From an uncultured Acidobacteriota bacterium (GTDB lineage: Bacteria > Acidobacteriota > Thermoanaerobaculia > Multivoradales > UBA5704), in the NCBI GenBank assembly GCA_963756595.1, contig CAVWOZ010000057.1, positions 24,707 through 88,706 of the forward strand: 64,000 bases of DNA, read 5' to 3'. This document shows positions 8,795-18,161 of the stretch, in pieces (the stretch's first letter is position 1; each line of letters begins with the position of its first letter). A model generated the notes under the pieces. It was not told the origin of the DNA and searched no databases. It was given only the letters and a program-made list of their open reading frames with translations. A program made the position numbers and the translations under genes.

Positions 8795-9217
8795 ATGCTC
8801 GTTCCCATGGACAACACGTATGAATTCGTCGCGCGCCGCGCCTCGGTCCGGCTGGCCGCGAGCCTGGACCCGAACCTCCCCGCGTTCACCGAGCGAGCCC
8901 TTGCCGAGGACGGCGCTCCTCGCGCAACCACCCGCTCCGCTTTCGACATAACCACCGGCATCGCCCTCTCGTCCCTCCTCCTGAACGTCGTCAAGTTCGG
9001 CTGGGACGCCTACCGGAGCCTCCAGAGTGACCGGGAGAAGGAAAAAGAGAAGAAGGAAAAGGCCGAGGCGGACGACCGCGAGCTTCGCCAGTTGCTCATC
9101 CGCCGGATGCGGCTGAATCTGGGTGAGCCCCGCAGCCTCACGGCCGCGCAACGTGACCTGCTTCTCGAGGCCGTGGCCGAGGAGATTTTAGTTTCCGAGG
9201 ACTCCGGGCGGCGATGA
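8795..9217 (+). CDS. Hypothetical protein (charged, coiled-coil-like C-terminus).
   Basis: ORF of 140 aa, ...DREKEKEKKEKAEADDRELRQLLIRRMRLNLGEPRSLTAAQRDLLLEAVAEEIL... No strong RBS. Confidence 0.35.
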   Translation: MLVPMDNTYEFVARRASVRLAASLDPNLPAFTERALAEDGAPRATTRSAFDITTGIALSSLLLNVVKFGWDAYRSLQSDREKEKEKKEKAEADDRELRQLLIRRMRLNLGEPRSLTAAQRDLLLEAVAEEILVSEDSGRR

Positions 9218-9254
9218 GCAGCCGCGGAAGGGCTCCCGCTTGGGTGAACAGCTC

Positions 9255-9420
9255 ACTGCACTCGGCGGGCCGGCGGCTTGTGCGCGTCGCTACAAGACAC
9301 CCTGGAAAGTTCCTCACCGCGCGCCCCGAAGGGGCGAAAATTTGATTAGCCGGGTGCTTTAGCGCCCGGTCTCGGACGTTCCCTATCCCACCCGCCCCGA
9401 GGGGGCGGTGCTCTTCGCGT
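9255..9420. repeat. REP-like hairpin repeat, full ~165 bp copy.
   Basis: cactgcactcggcgggccggcggcttgtgcgcgtcgctacaag...cgccccgaaggggcgaaaatttgattagccgggtgctttagcgcccggtctcggacgttccctatcccacccgccccgagggggcggtgctc. Confidence 0.75.
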
Positions 9421-9504
9421 AGAATTCGCCAATCGCCTCATCGACCCATCTAAGGAGGAACGGTGCGGTCGAGCATTGCAAGGCAGCAGGCGAGGGCCAC
9501 GAGC

Positions 9505-9877
9505 TATGAGCAAGACCGATACTACGCGGGTGACCGTGAAGCCTGGTGAGGAGCTGCCTCGCGGCGAGACCGATTGGGCGCGCGTGAATGCGATGACGGA
9601 TGAGGAGGTGATGGCGGCGGCCGTCTCCGATCCCGATGCCCAGCCGCTTGACCCGGAGGCCTTAGCGAAGATGCGCCGGGTCTCTCCCGTGAAGGTCCTG
9701 CGGCAGCGGCTCGGCATGACCCAAACCGACTTCGCGGAAGCCTTCCGGCTGCCCGTCAGCACCTTGCGGGATTGGGAGCAGCATCGCAGCATTCCCGATG
9801 CACCCGCCCGCGCGTTGCTGCGAGCGATCGACCGTGATCCCGAGACGATGCGACGCCTGCTGTCCGAGGCGGCTTGA
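9505..9877 (+). CDS. HTH DNA-binding protein, antitoxin-like (XRE / COG2944-type HTH with an N-terminal BrnA/DUF4415-like region).
   Basis: ...DEEVMAAAVSDPDAQPLDPEALAKMRRVSPVKVLRQRLGMTQTDFAEAFRLPVSTLRDWEQHRSIPDAPARALLRAIDRDPETM. Flanked by direct REP-like copies. Confidence 0.6.
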
Positions 9878-9949
9878 ACCTCTGGGAGCCGGGTCCATGG
9901 AGAAGTGCTGGGAGAAGTGCCACCCTCTTGGCGGCGGCAGGTGAAAAGC

Positions 9950-10118
9950 CAACTGCACTCGACGGGCCGGCGGCTTGTGCGCGTCGCTACAAGCCATCTT
10001 GGAAGGTTCCCCACCGCGCGCCCCGAAGGGGCGAAAATTTGATTAGCCGGGCGCTTTAGCGCCCGGTATCGGACGTTCCCTATCCCATCCGCCCCGAGGG
10101 GGCGGTGCTCTTTGCGCG
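9950..10118. repeat. REP-like hairpin repeat, full copy in direct orientation to the 9255 copy.
   Basis: Identical in more than 90% of positions to 9255-9420. Confidence 0.75.
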
Positions 10119-10268
10119 AGCCTGAGGAAGAGCGTAAGCCCGGGGAAGTGCCACCCCGGTCCGAGAACCATGGCAACGTCTCGTTGCACCTATGCCTCAG
10201 TCCGCGAAACCTGGGAAACGTCACCCTACCTGGCGAGCACCTACATCCATCCCGCTGGAATGCTTATC

Positions 10269-11765
10269 CTATACTGACTCCCAGGTGAGCGGTAGTGTCC
10301 TTGGATGGTCGATTTCCCCATGATACGCTCTTACAAACAGCTTAATCCAGCGCTGCGCAAAATCGCCCATGTCTTCGTCATCGATAAGTCGCGGCCTATA
10401 AGCTTCCTGCTGCACGCCCATCGCTGGCCCCATCGCCTTAAGCGCGGTATACGTGCTGTCTAATGCGTATGGCTGAAAGCCACCACTACCGCCAAGGAAG
10501 GGTGAATCCATATATCCAACCTCCCACCAGCGATACTGATCGCCACTGACTCGTGCATACCAGAGCGATGCGCCCCACACGTAGTGTGAAGCTTCATTCT
10601 GCGTGACGTTGATAGTTGCTCCCGTAATAATGTCCCACTCGCGACGCTCCACTCCGTCATATCCATAGGACGAGTCAGTCGAGAGCTTTTTGATGTCTAG
10701 CCGAGCCGATCCAAGGATTGCTCGCCAGCCGCTCGTTCCTCTGCCTGGTCTCTCAATCGTCACCGATGGTGCGTCCCGCTCAATTGCTGTGAGTAGGTGT
10801 TCAATCACCTCGGTAAGCGCCCGGGATGCATCTCGCGCTAGTTGGGCTCTCCGCTCTATCTCTACGCGGCGTTTCTCCGTCTCTGATTCCTGTGCGGCCT
10901 GCCGTGCAGCCTCCAGGGCGCCTGCTTGAGCAAGTGTAGAAAACGCGCCTGGGGAGGGTTTGGCCTTGTCTTGGTCGGCGAGGAACTCCTCGAACAGTTT
11001 GATTGCACGTTCGCGCGTTGGCCGTGCTTCCGGCGCTTTGCGCAGCATCATCGTCAGCGCAGAGCGCAGGCGGGGATGCACACCCGACAGGTTGGGTGGC
11101 GGCGCTTCGAGATGCTGGCGCCGCAACTGGTCTAGAGAGCCTGAGAAGGGTGGCGCTGCGGTCAAAAGTCCATAGCCGATGCACCCAAGCGCGTAGATAT
11201 CCGTTGCAGCAGAAGCTCGCAAGGTCTGCCACTGCTCCGGAGCAGCATACGAAGGAGTAAGGCATTCCTTGAGGGTGTGCAGCGAAGTCGACTCTTCGAC
11301 AAAGCGCGCTATCCCGAAGTCCGCAATCTTCCAGCGTCCTTCATGCCAGAGCACGTTTGGCGGCTTCAAATCACGATGCACAATATCAGGCACCTCTGAG
11401 AGCCCACGCAGGATGTCGAGCAACGCTCGTGCCGCGGCCTCCTCTCCTAAAGAACCGATCGCATTGAGCTTGTCTTGTAGGCTCTCTGCGGCACAGGCCA
11501 TGACCACAAAGTAACGCGCTGAATCGGGGTCTAGGCCGGAGTCATGCATGGGGATGACGTGCTGAAAGGACTTGCCCGCAAGGTGCTGCGCAATGGAGAG
11601 TTCCCGATGGGCAGCTTGGTTTGCGCTAATCTCCAGCCGTTTCACTGCCACCTCGTGCCCATCCTCATCTTGACCAAGAAACACAGCTCCAAAGCCGCCG
11701 GGAGTTCCAAGCGGCCTAGTCTCATCCACTAGCCAGCGGCGGGCCTGTAGCTGAATTGTTCGCAT
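10269..11765 (-). CDS. Ser/Thr protein kinase (Hanks-type) with a coiled-coil linker and a ~170-aa uncharacterised C-terminal domain. Lies in a low-GC patch.
   Basis: GxGxxG-like GTPGGFGAVF, VAVK, HRDLKPPNVL, DFG, APE. The C-terminal region ...DSSYGYDGVERREWDIITGATINVTQNEASHYVWGASLWYARVSGDQYRWWEVGYMD... has no recognisable family. Local GC is about 55% against about 70% in flanking DNA. Confidence 0.85.
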   Translation of the reverse strand: MRTIQLQARRWLVDETRPLGTPGGFGAVFLGQDEDGHEVAVKRLEISANQAAHRELSIAQHLAGKSFQHVIPMHDSGLDPDSARYFVVMACAAESLQDKLNAIGSLGEEAAARALLDILRGLSEVPDIVHRDLKPPNVLWHEGRWKIADFGIARFVEESTSLHTLKECLTPSYAAPEQWQTLRASAATDIYALGCIGYGLLTAAPPFSGSLDQLRRQHLEAPPPNLSGVHPRLRSALTMMLRKAPEARPTRERAIKLFEEFLADQDKAKPSPGAFSTLAQAGALEAARQAAQESETEKRRVEIERRAQLARDASRALTEVIEHLLTAIERDAPSVTIERPGRGTSGWRAILGSARLDIKKLSTDSSYGYDGVERREWDIITGATINVTQNEASHYVWGASLWYARVSGDQYRWWEVGYMDSPFLGGSGGFQPYALDSTYTALKAMGPAMGVQQEAYRPRLIDDEDMGDFAQRWIKLFVRAYHGEIDHPRTLPLTWESV

Positions 11766-11945
11766 TGCGTCAGTATAGTCGACTCGAAGACTCCGAGAAA
11801 AATCTGCAGCGAGAAGCATCTGTTCCAGGAAGTCCAGTTACTACCTGCGCCGCCTTCAAGAGATTCGGAGTTATCGATATCCCACTCGCTACACCGCGCA
11901 CGCAGCCCGGCCGGCCCCGGCCCGACCGGCAGCCCCCCAACCCCC

Positions 11946-12590
11946 CTACCCCGGCAAAATCCCCAACTCCTTCGCCCGCCGCCGCACCTGATACGCCTCC
12001 TTGGTCTCCTGGCTGCTGAAACGCTCCTCTTTCCACGGGTCGCCGTAGGTGTGGTAGCCGTTCTCTTCCCAGAAGCCGCGGCGGTCTTCGGACATCAGCT
12101 CGACGCCGTTCACCCATTTGGCGCTCTTCCAGGCGTAGAGGTGGGGGACGACGAGCCGCAGGTGGCCGCCGTGGTCGACTTCGAGGGGCTCGCCGTTGTG
12201 GCGGTCCACGAAGAGGGCGTGCTCGGAGAGGAAGTCCTCGAGGGGGAGGTTGGTGGTGTAGCCGCCGTAGCAGTGGATCATCACGTGCGAGGCCTCGGGG
12301 TCGACGCGGACCTGGCGCAGCACCTCGCGAGTCGCGAACCCCTCCCAGCCGTTGTCGAGGGTGGAGAAGCGGGTGACGCAGTGGAAGTCGGCAGTCACCC
12401 GCACCCGGGGCAGGGCCTGGAGCTCCGCCCAGGAGAAGGTCCGCTCCGCTTCGACAAGGCCGAAGAGGCGCAGCTTCCAGCGCTCGGGGGCGATGTTCGG
12501 CGTGTCGCCGTAGGAGAGGACGGGCCACTTGTTGGTGGCGTACTGCCCGGGGGGGATGCGGTCGTCTCCGGTGTGAGGCGCGTCGTTCAT
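11946..12590 (-). CDS. Sulfite-oxidase-family molybdopterin-binding oxidoreductase (YuiH-like; Moco domain only).
   Basis: ...RVRVTADFHCVTRFSTLDNGWEGF...HLYAWKSAKWVNGVEL... has the conserved Cys in the HCVTRFS motif. Confidence 0.8.
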   Translation of the reverse strand: MNDAPHTGDDRIPPGQYATNKWPVLSYGDTPNIAPERWKLRLFGLVEAERTFSWAELQALPRVRVTADFHCVTRFSTLDNGWEGFATREVLRQVRVDPEASHVMIHCYGGYTTNLPLEDFLSEHALFVDRHNGEPLEVDHGGHLRLVVPHLYAWKSAKWVNGVELMSEDRRGFWEENGYHTYGDPWKEERFSSQETKEAYQVRRRAKELGILPG

Positions 12591-12685
12591 GCTTGCTTGC
12601 TTTCCTGTTTTTATCGTTAAACTATAGTATTGTGGAGGAAGATTCCAGATTCACTGGGTTCGTTCAACGTTCAGGAGACTCATCT

Positions 12686-13023
12686 ATGTCGAGAGGATTT
12701 CGTGGTATCGCCTGCGCCGGCTTGACGGCGGCTGCTCTGTGCCTGCTGTCGGCGGCGCCGGCGGCGGCGTTCTGCTCGTGAAAACCCCCGTCTACAATAC
12801 CGGAACTCTCACCGGGACGGGGAACACCTGCTCGGATGCAGACACGGATCTCAGGGTCATTCTGGATGCCGCGGCCACGTCCAACTGCATGACCATTTAT
12901 GGCCCGAATGCGGACGTCTATTGGTCCAGCTACGTCGTGACCGTGAACTCTTGCCAGCCGAACGGAGTGGGCAAGAAGGAAACGGGCAGCGCCAGCTACC
13001 AGTGCATCTCCTGCTCCGTCTGA
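12686..13023 (+). CDS. Secreted cysteine-containing small protein (~110 aa), with a frameshift near 12775.
   Basis: AGGAG RBS, then ATG 12686. Signal peptide MSRGFRGIACAGLTAAALCLLSAAPAAA. The rest continues in a second frame as ...VKTPVYNTGTLTGTGNTCSDADTDLRVILDAAATSNCMTIYGPNADVYWSSYVVTVNSCQPNGVGKKETGSASYQCISCSV. Confidence 0.5.
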
Positions 13024-13155
13024 ACCGAAGGCACGGAAGCCGATGAGAGGACCGGCTCCGGGGGGAGAGCCCTGGAGCCGGTCGCGGGGCGCATCGTTCA
13101 TGGGCTTGTCTCCTCGCGGGAACTCAAGGGTGCCGGCTCCGTATAGGTAGGATAC

Positions 13156-14400
13156 ATGGCGACCCACCCGATGTTCTCCTGGCGCGGACAGCTCCACGCC
13201 CTGGCCCTGGGGGCGGGGGTCGGCCTCGGGGCGGGCTTCCTCATCTCGCCGGCAACCCGCCCGGGAGCCGCTGGATCTCCTGGATCTACGGCGCCCTGGT
13301 CGGCGTGGGGATCACGGTCATGGCGCGGGCGGTGGTGAGGATCTTCCGGGCCCGCTTCGAGGCGATGTCCCGCCCCCAGGCGATCCTCGCGTTCGCGGCG
13401 CTGTTCGCCGCCAGCGGCGCCGTGGCCTGGGTGCTCGCGGCCCTCAGCCTCAACCTGACGTTCGGGCTCCACATCCCCGTGCTCTCGCGGGGGAACCTGC
13501 TCTCGGTCGGCATCACGGTGGGGCTCGCCGTGACCTGCGGCCTCGCCATCGCGAGCTTCGAGCGGATGAAGGAGCTGCTCGCCGAGAGCGTCGCCCGCCT
13601 CAAGGAGACCGAGTTCGCCGAGCGGGAGCTGCTCCTCGCCCGCGACCTCCAGAGCCGGCTGCTGCCGCCGCCCGAGGTGGCGGGGGAGGGGTACCGCGTG
13701 GCGGCCCGCAACCTCGCGGCGCGGGTGGTGGCGGGGGACTTCTATGACGTCTTCCGGCTGGCGGACGGCGCCGTGGGGCTCGCGGTGGCGGACGTCGCCG
13801 GCAAGGGGATGGCGGCGAGCCTGATCATGGCCTCCGCCAAGGCGCGGCTCCCCCTCCTCGCCGGGGACCGTGCGGCCGAGGCGACGCTGCGCGAGCTCAA
13901 CCGCGCCCTCGCCGCCGAGCTCTCGCCGCGCGAGTTCGTGGCCCTCGCCTTCGTCCGCTACGACCCGGCGACGGGGACGGCTACCCTCGCCAACGCCGGC
14001 CTCCCCGATCCCTACCTGCTCCGAAGGGAGAGCCGCCGCAGCCGCTCGTCGTCCCGGGGCCGCGCCTGCCGCTCGGGGTGCGGCGCGAGGTCGCCTACGA
14101 GGCGCTCAAGCTCCGCCTGGAGCCGGGCGACCGCCTCCTGCTGCTGACCGACGGCCTCGCCGAGGCGCCGACCGCGGCGGGGGAGCCGCTGGGCTACGCC
14201 GCCTTGGCCGCGCTGCTGGCGGCCGGGCCGCACGAGGGGCCCCGCTGGCCTGGATCGACGCCCTCTGCGACCGGGTGCGGCTCGCCACGGGGCCGGTCTT
14301 GGAGGACGACTGGACGGCGCTGCTGCTGGAGCGGGAGGGTAGCCCGGGGCGGCGTCCCCGCCCGGGCAGCCCGGGCAGTCCGAAACGAGAAGCCGGCTGA
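13156..14400 (+). CDS. Membrane-anchored PP2C-type (SpoIIE/RsbU-like) serine phosphatase, with three or more frameshifts.
   Basis: N-terminal TM helices, then GDFYDVFRLADGAVGLAVADVAGKGMAASL... and ...LLLTDGLAEA... The gene must be read across three frames (13156, 13305 and 14078/13870 ORFs). Confidence 0.7.
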
Positions 14401-14430
14401 AGCCGCCTCCGTAGTCGGGGGAGGTCCAGG

Positions 14431-14454
14431 AGCCGGGGTCACCCGGCTTTTCGG
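14431..14454 (+). terminator. Rho-independent terminator downstream of the phosphatase gene.
   Basis: agccggg-gtca-cccggct stem-loop followed by TTTTCGG. Confidence 0.5.
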
Positions 14455-14585
14455 TCGCAGCGTAGCCCGGGCATTCATGCCAGGGGCGGACGGCGTCCGG
14501 CATTCGGCTCTCGGGAATTCGTGACCAAGGAAATCACCTTTACACCCATGCCCCTGTCTGCTAGCTTGAGCGGACGGACCGGACC

Positions 14586-15550
14586 ATGCTCACCACGACC
14601 CCATCCGCCCAGGAGATCCCCTCTCCGTCCTCCGACCGGCGGCGCCCGGTGCGCTTGCTGGAGACGATCGGCAACACCCCCCTGATCGACCTCTCGGCGC
14701 TGACCGGGCGGCCCGAGGTGCGGCTCTACGCCAAGGCGGAGCTGGCGAACCCCGGGGGCTCGGTGAAGGACCGGGCGGCGCTCGCGATGATCCGCGACGC
14801 CGAGCGGCGGGGGCTGTTCGCCGAGGGGCGGCGGCTGCTCGACGCGACCTCCGGGAACACGGGGATCGCCTACGCGATGATCGGCGCGGCGAGCGGCATC
14901 CCGGTGACGGTCTGCCTGCCGGAGAGCGCGAGCCCGGAGCGCAAGAAGATCCTGCTCGCCTTCGGCGCCGAGCTGCGGATCACCGATCCGCTGGCGGGGA
15001 GCGACGGCGCGATCCTCGAGGCGCGGCGGCTGGTGGCGGCGGAGCCCGGGCGCTGGGCGTATCTCGATCAGTATTCGAACCCCGAGAACTGGCGGGCCCA
15101 CTACCGCTCGACCGGCCCGGAGATCTGGAAGCAGACGGCGGGGGAGATCACCCACTTCGTCACCGGACTGGGGACCAGCGGCACCTTCATGGGTGTGGGG
15201 CGGTACTTACGTGAGAAAACGCCGGGGGTCCGGCTGATCTCGGTCGAGCCCGACTCGCCGTTCCACGGCCTCGAGGGGATGAAGCACATGGCCTCGGCGA
15301 TCGTGCCGCCGATCTACGATCCGGCGCTCGCCGACGAGGCCCGCGAGCTGCCGACCGAGGAGGCGTACCGGATGGTCAAGCGGCTGGCGCGCGAGATGGG
15401 GCTGCTGGCCGGGATCTCCGCCGGCTGCAACGTGGCCGCCGCCCTCCAGGTGGCGGCGAGCTCCCGGCGGGCCGGTCCGCCACGATCGTCACCGTGCTCT
15501 GCGACGGCGCGGACAAGTACCTGACCGACCGCTTCTGGGAGGAGGACTGA
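14586..15550 (+). CDS. cysM: CysM-type cysteine synthase (O-phosphoserine/sulfur-carrier dependent), with a frameshift near 15465.
   Basis: PLP lysine motif SVKDRAA. Also GNTGIAYA and GTSGT. The true C-terminus ...TIVTVLCDGADKYLTDRFWEED* is reached only after a frame change. Confidence 0.85.
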
Positions 15551-15552
15551 GC

Positions 15553-16035
15553 ATGAGCCGCCTGGTGATCACCCCCCAGGACCTCGAGGCGATCGGCCGC
15601 CACGGCGAGGCGACCTTCCCGGAGGAGTGCTGCGGCTTCCTGATCGGCCGTGCAGGCGACGCCGAGGGCGGCGAGACGACGACCGTCGTCGAGCGGCTGA
15701 TCCCGGTCGCCAACGAGCGCCAGGACAGCCGCCACAACCGCTACGTGATCGAGCCCGAGACGGTGCTCGCGGCCCACAAGGAGGCGCGCGCGGCGGGCGC
15801 CGACGTGGTGGGTTACTATCATTCGCATCCCGACCATCCGTCGCGGCCGAGCGATTTCGACCGCGAGCATGCCTGGCCAGGACTCTCGTACCTCATCGTC
15901 TCCGTGCAGCAGGGGCGGGCGGCGGATTCGCGCTGCTGGCGCCTCGCCGATGACCGCGACCGGTTCGACGAGGAGACGATCGATCAGGCGGCCGCAACGG
16001 CGGCCGCCGTCAGTTTCGACAAGGAGGCGGTCTGA
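15553..16035 (+). CDS. JAMM/MPN+ metalloprotease (Mec-like; cleaves CysO-cysteine or C-terminal extensions).
   Basis: EECCGFLIG plus the JAMM motif [14 protein letters not shown]. Confidence 0.85.
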   Translation: MSRLVITPQDLEAIGRHGEATFPEECCGFLIGRAGDAEGGETTTVVERLIPVANERQDSRHNRYVIEPETVLAAHKEARAAGADVVGYYHSHPDHPSRPSDFDREHAWPGLSYLIVSVQQGRAADSRCWRLADDRDRFDEETIDQAAATAAAVSFDKEAV

Positions 16036-17504
16036 TGAGCGTCAACATCCAAATCCCCACCCCGCTGCGCCGTTTTACCGCCGAGCTCGGCGAGGTCGCG
16101 GTCGACGGGGCGACCGTCGGCGAGGCGATGAACGACCTCACCCACCGGCATCCGGCGCTCCAGCGTCACCTCTATGCCGACGACGGCGCGCTGCGCAGCT
16201 TCGTGAACCTCTTCCTGAACGACGAGGACGTCCGCCATCTCGCCAAGGATGCGACGCCGCTCAAGGACGGCGACACCCTGACGATCATCCCGTCGATCGC
16301 CGGCGGCGCAAACAGCGCGGGAGGGGCCTTCGGCCTCTTCGAGGAGCGGGACGACGACGAGCTGCCGGGACTCTCGCAGCCCGAGATCCGCCACTACAGC
16401 CGCCACCTGATCCTCCCCGAGGTCGGCACTCTGGGGCAGCGCAAGCTCAAGGCGGCGAGGGTGCTCTGCATCGGCGCCGGCGGCCTCGGCTCGCCGCTCG
16501 GGCTCTACCTGGCGGCGGCGGGGGTGGGGACGCTGGGGATGGTCGACTTCGACGTGGTCGACGAAAGCAACCTCCACCGCCAGGTCCTCTTCGGGCGGGG
16601 CGCGGTGGGGCGGCCGAAGATCCAGGCCGCGGTCGACCGCCTGCGCGACTTGAACCCGCACATCAAGGTCGTCCCCCACGAGGTGCGGCTCGACTCGTCG
16701 AACGCCCTCGAGCTGTTCCGGGATTACGACCTGATCGTGGACGGCACCGACAACTTCCCCACCCGCTACCTGGTCAACGACGCCTGCGTGCTGCTGGGGA
16801 AGCCGAACGTCTACGGCTCGATCTTCCGTTTCGAGGGGCAGGTCTCGGTGTTCTGGGGGGCCAGGGGCCCTGCTACCGCTGCCTGTTCCCCGAGCCGCCG
16901 CCGCCGGGGCTGGTGCCGTCGTGCGCCGAGGGGGGGGTGCTCGGCGTGCTGCCGGGGATCATCGGCTCGCTCCAGGCCAACGAGGTGATCAAGCTGATCG
17001 TGGGCGCCGGCGAGCCGCTGATCGGCCGGCCTGGTCCTCTTCGACGCCCTGAAGCTCAAGTTCCGCGAGCTCAAGCTGCGCAAGAACCCCGACTGCCCGA
17101 TCTGCTCCGAGCACCCGACGCAGACCGCGCTGATCGACTACGAGCAGTTCTGCGGCATCGATCCGTCGGCGGACGCCGTCGAGCAGGCGTTCGAGATGTC
17201 GACCCCCGAGCTCAAGAGCTGGCTCGACGAAGGGCGGCAGGTCACCTTGCTCGACGTGCGCAACCCCCAGGAGTGGGAGATCTGCCGCATCGACGGGGCG
17301 AAGCTGATCCCCCTCCCCGAGATCCAGGACCGCCTGGGCGAGCTCGATCCGGCCGAAACCCTGGTGGTCTACTGCCACCACGGGCCGCGCTCGGGCCGCG
17401 CCATGAACTTCCTGCGCCAGATGGGCTTCTCGCGGGCGATCAACCTCGCCGGGGGGATCGATTCGTGGAGCGAGAGGGTGGATCCGGCGGTGCCGCAGTA
17501 CTGA
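16035..17504 (+). CDS. moeZ: CysO/MoaD-like sulfur carrier fused in frame to a MoeZ-type E1 (ThiF domain plus C-terminal rhodanese). Two frameshifts, near 16860 and 17030.
   Basis: Residues 1-97 form the MoaD/ThiS fold and end in ...[10 protein letters not shown] ~25-aa linker follows, then the ThiF domain (GxGxx[10 protein letters not shown], CxxC pairs) and rhodanese [11 protein letters not shown] 16035 overlaps the mec stop. Confidence 0.75.
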
Positions 17505-17519
17505 GCGGCGGGAACAAGG

Positions 17520-17640
17520 GACCCCAGGGACCCCAGGGACAGCAGGGACCCAGAGACAGCGGGCGGGTTTTTGTCCCTGCAGTCTCTGAAGTCCCTCCGT
17601 CCCTGGTCTCACCTTCCGCAGCACCTCCCCTTCGTGATAA
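17520..17640. terminator. Long imperfect palindrome / terminator-like structure after moeZ.
   Basis: gggaccccagggaccccagggacagcagggacccagagacagcgggcgggtttttgtccctgcagtctctgaagtccctccgtccctgg. The arms are reverse complementary around a TTTTT. Confidence 0.4.
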
Positions 17641-17664
17641 TTCTCCTTCCTCAAAGGAGAATTC

Positions 17665-18161
17665 ATGGACCGCCCCGCCAATCAAGAAGACGCGAAGCTG
17701 ATCCTGCACCTCTACGAGCTGCGCCGCGAGCCCCGGATGCGCGAGGCGCGCGACTGGATCGCCCGCAGCTTCCGGGTGAAGACGATGGAGGAGCTCCAGT
17801 CCCTCTGCCCCCGGGCTCGGACGGCCATACCTCGTTCCGCATGGTCGGCTCCTACTGGGAGATGGTCGCCTCCTTCGTGGTGCACGGCGCCCTGCACCAC
17901 GAGCTGTTCTACGAGAACTGCCAGGAGCTGCTCTTCTTCTGGGAGCGGGTCCGCGAGCTGCTGCCGAAGCTCCGCGAGGCCAATCAGAACCCGGCGTACC
18001 TGAAGAATGTCGAGCGGGTGGCCGGCTCCTGCATCGAGTGGTGGGAGGACCGGGCGCCCGGCGCCCATGCCGTCTTCTCCGCCCGGATCAACCAGATCCC
18101 GCCGGGCGCCGCCCAAAGCCTGAGCCCGCGGCGAATTTCATCCCAGGAGATCGATTCTTGA
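17665..18161 (+). CDS. Hypothetical protein, with a frameshift near 17815.
   Basis: [49 protein letters not shown] continues in a second frame as ...[83 protein letters not shown]... Confidence 0.45.

Noticed and set aside
12051-12620. 189-aa plus-strand ORF opposite the Moco oxidoreductase gene.
   Set aside because: Antisense to a confidently identified CDS. Its Val/Gly/Ala-rich translation is typical of GC-rich reverse frames.
14456-14585. Looked for a SAM- or T-box-type riboswitch upstream of cysM.
   Set aside because: No conserved riboswitch core motifs are recognisable. Only a terminator hairpin of the preceding gene is evident.
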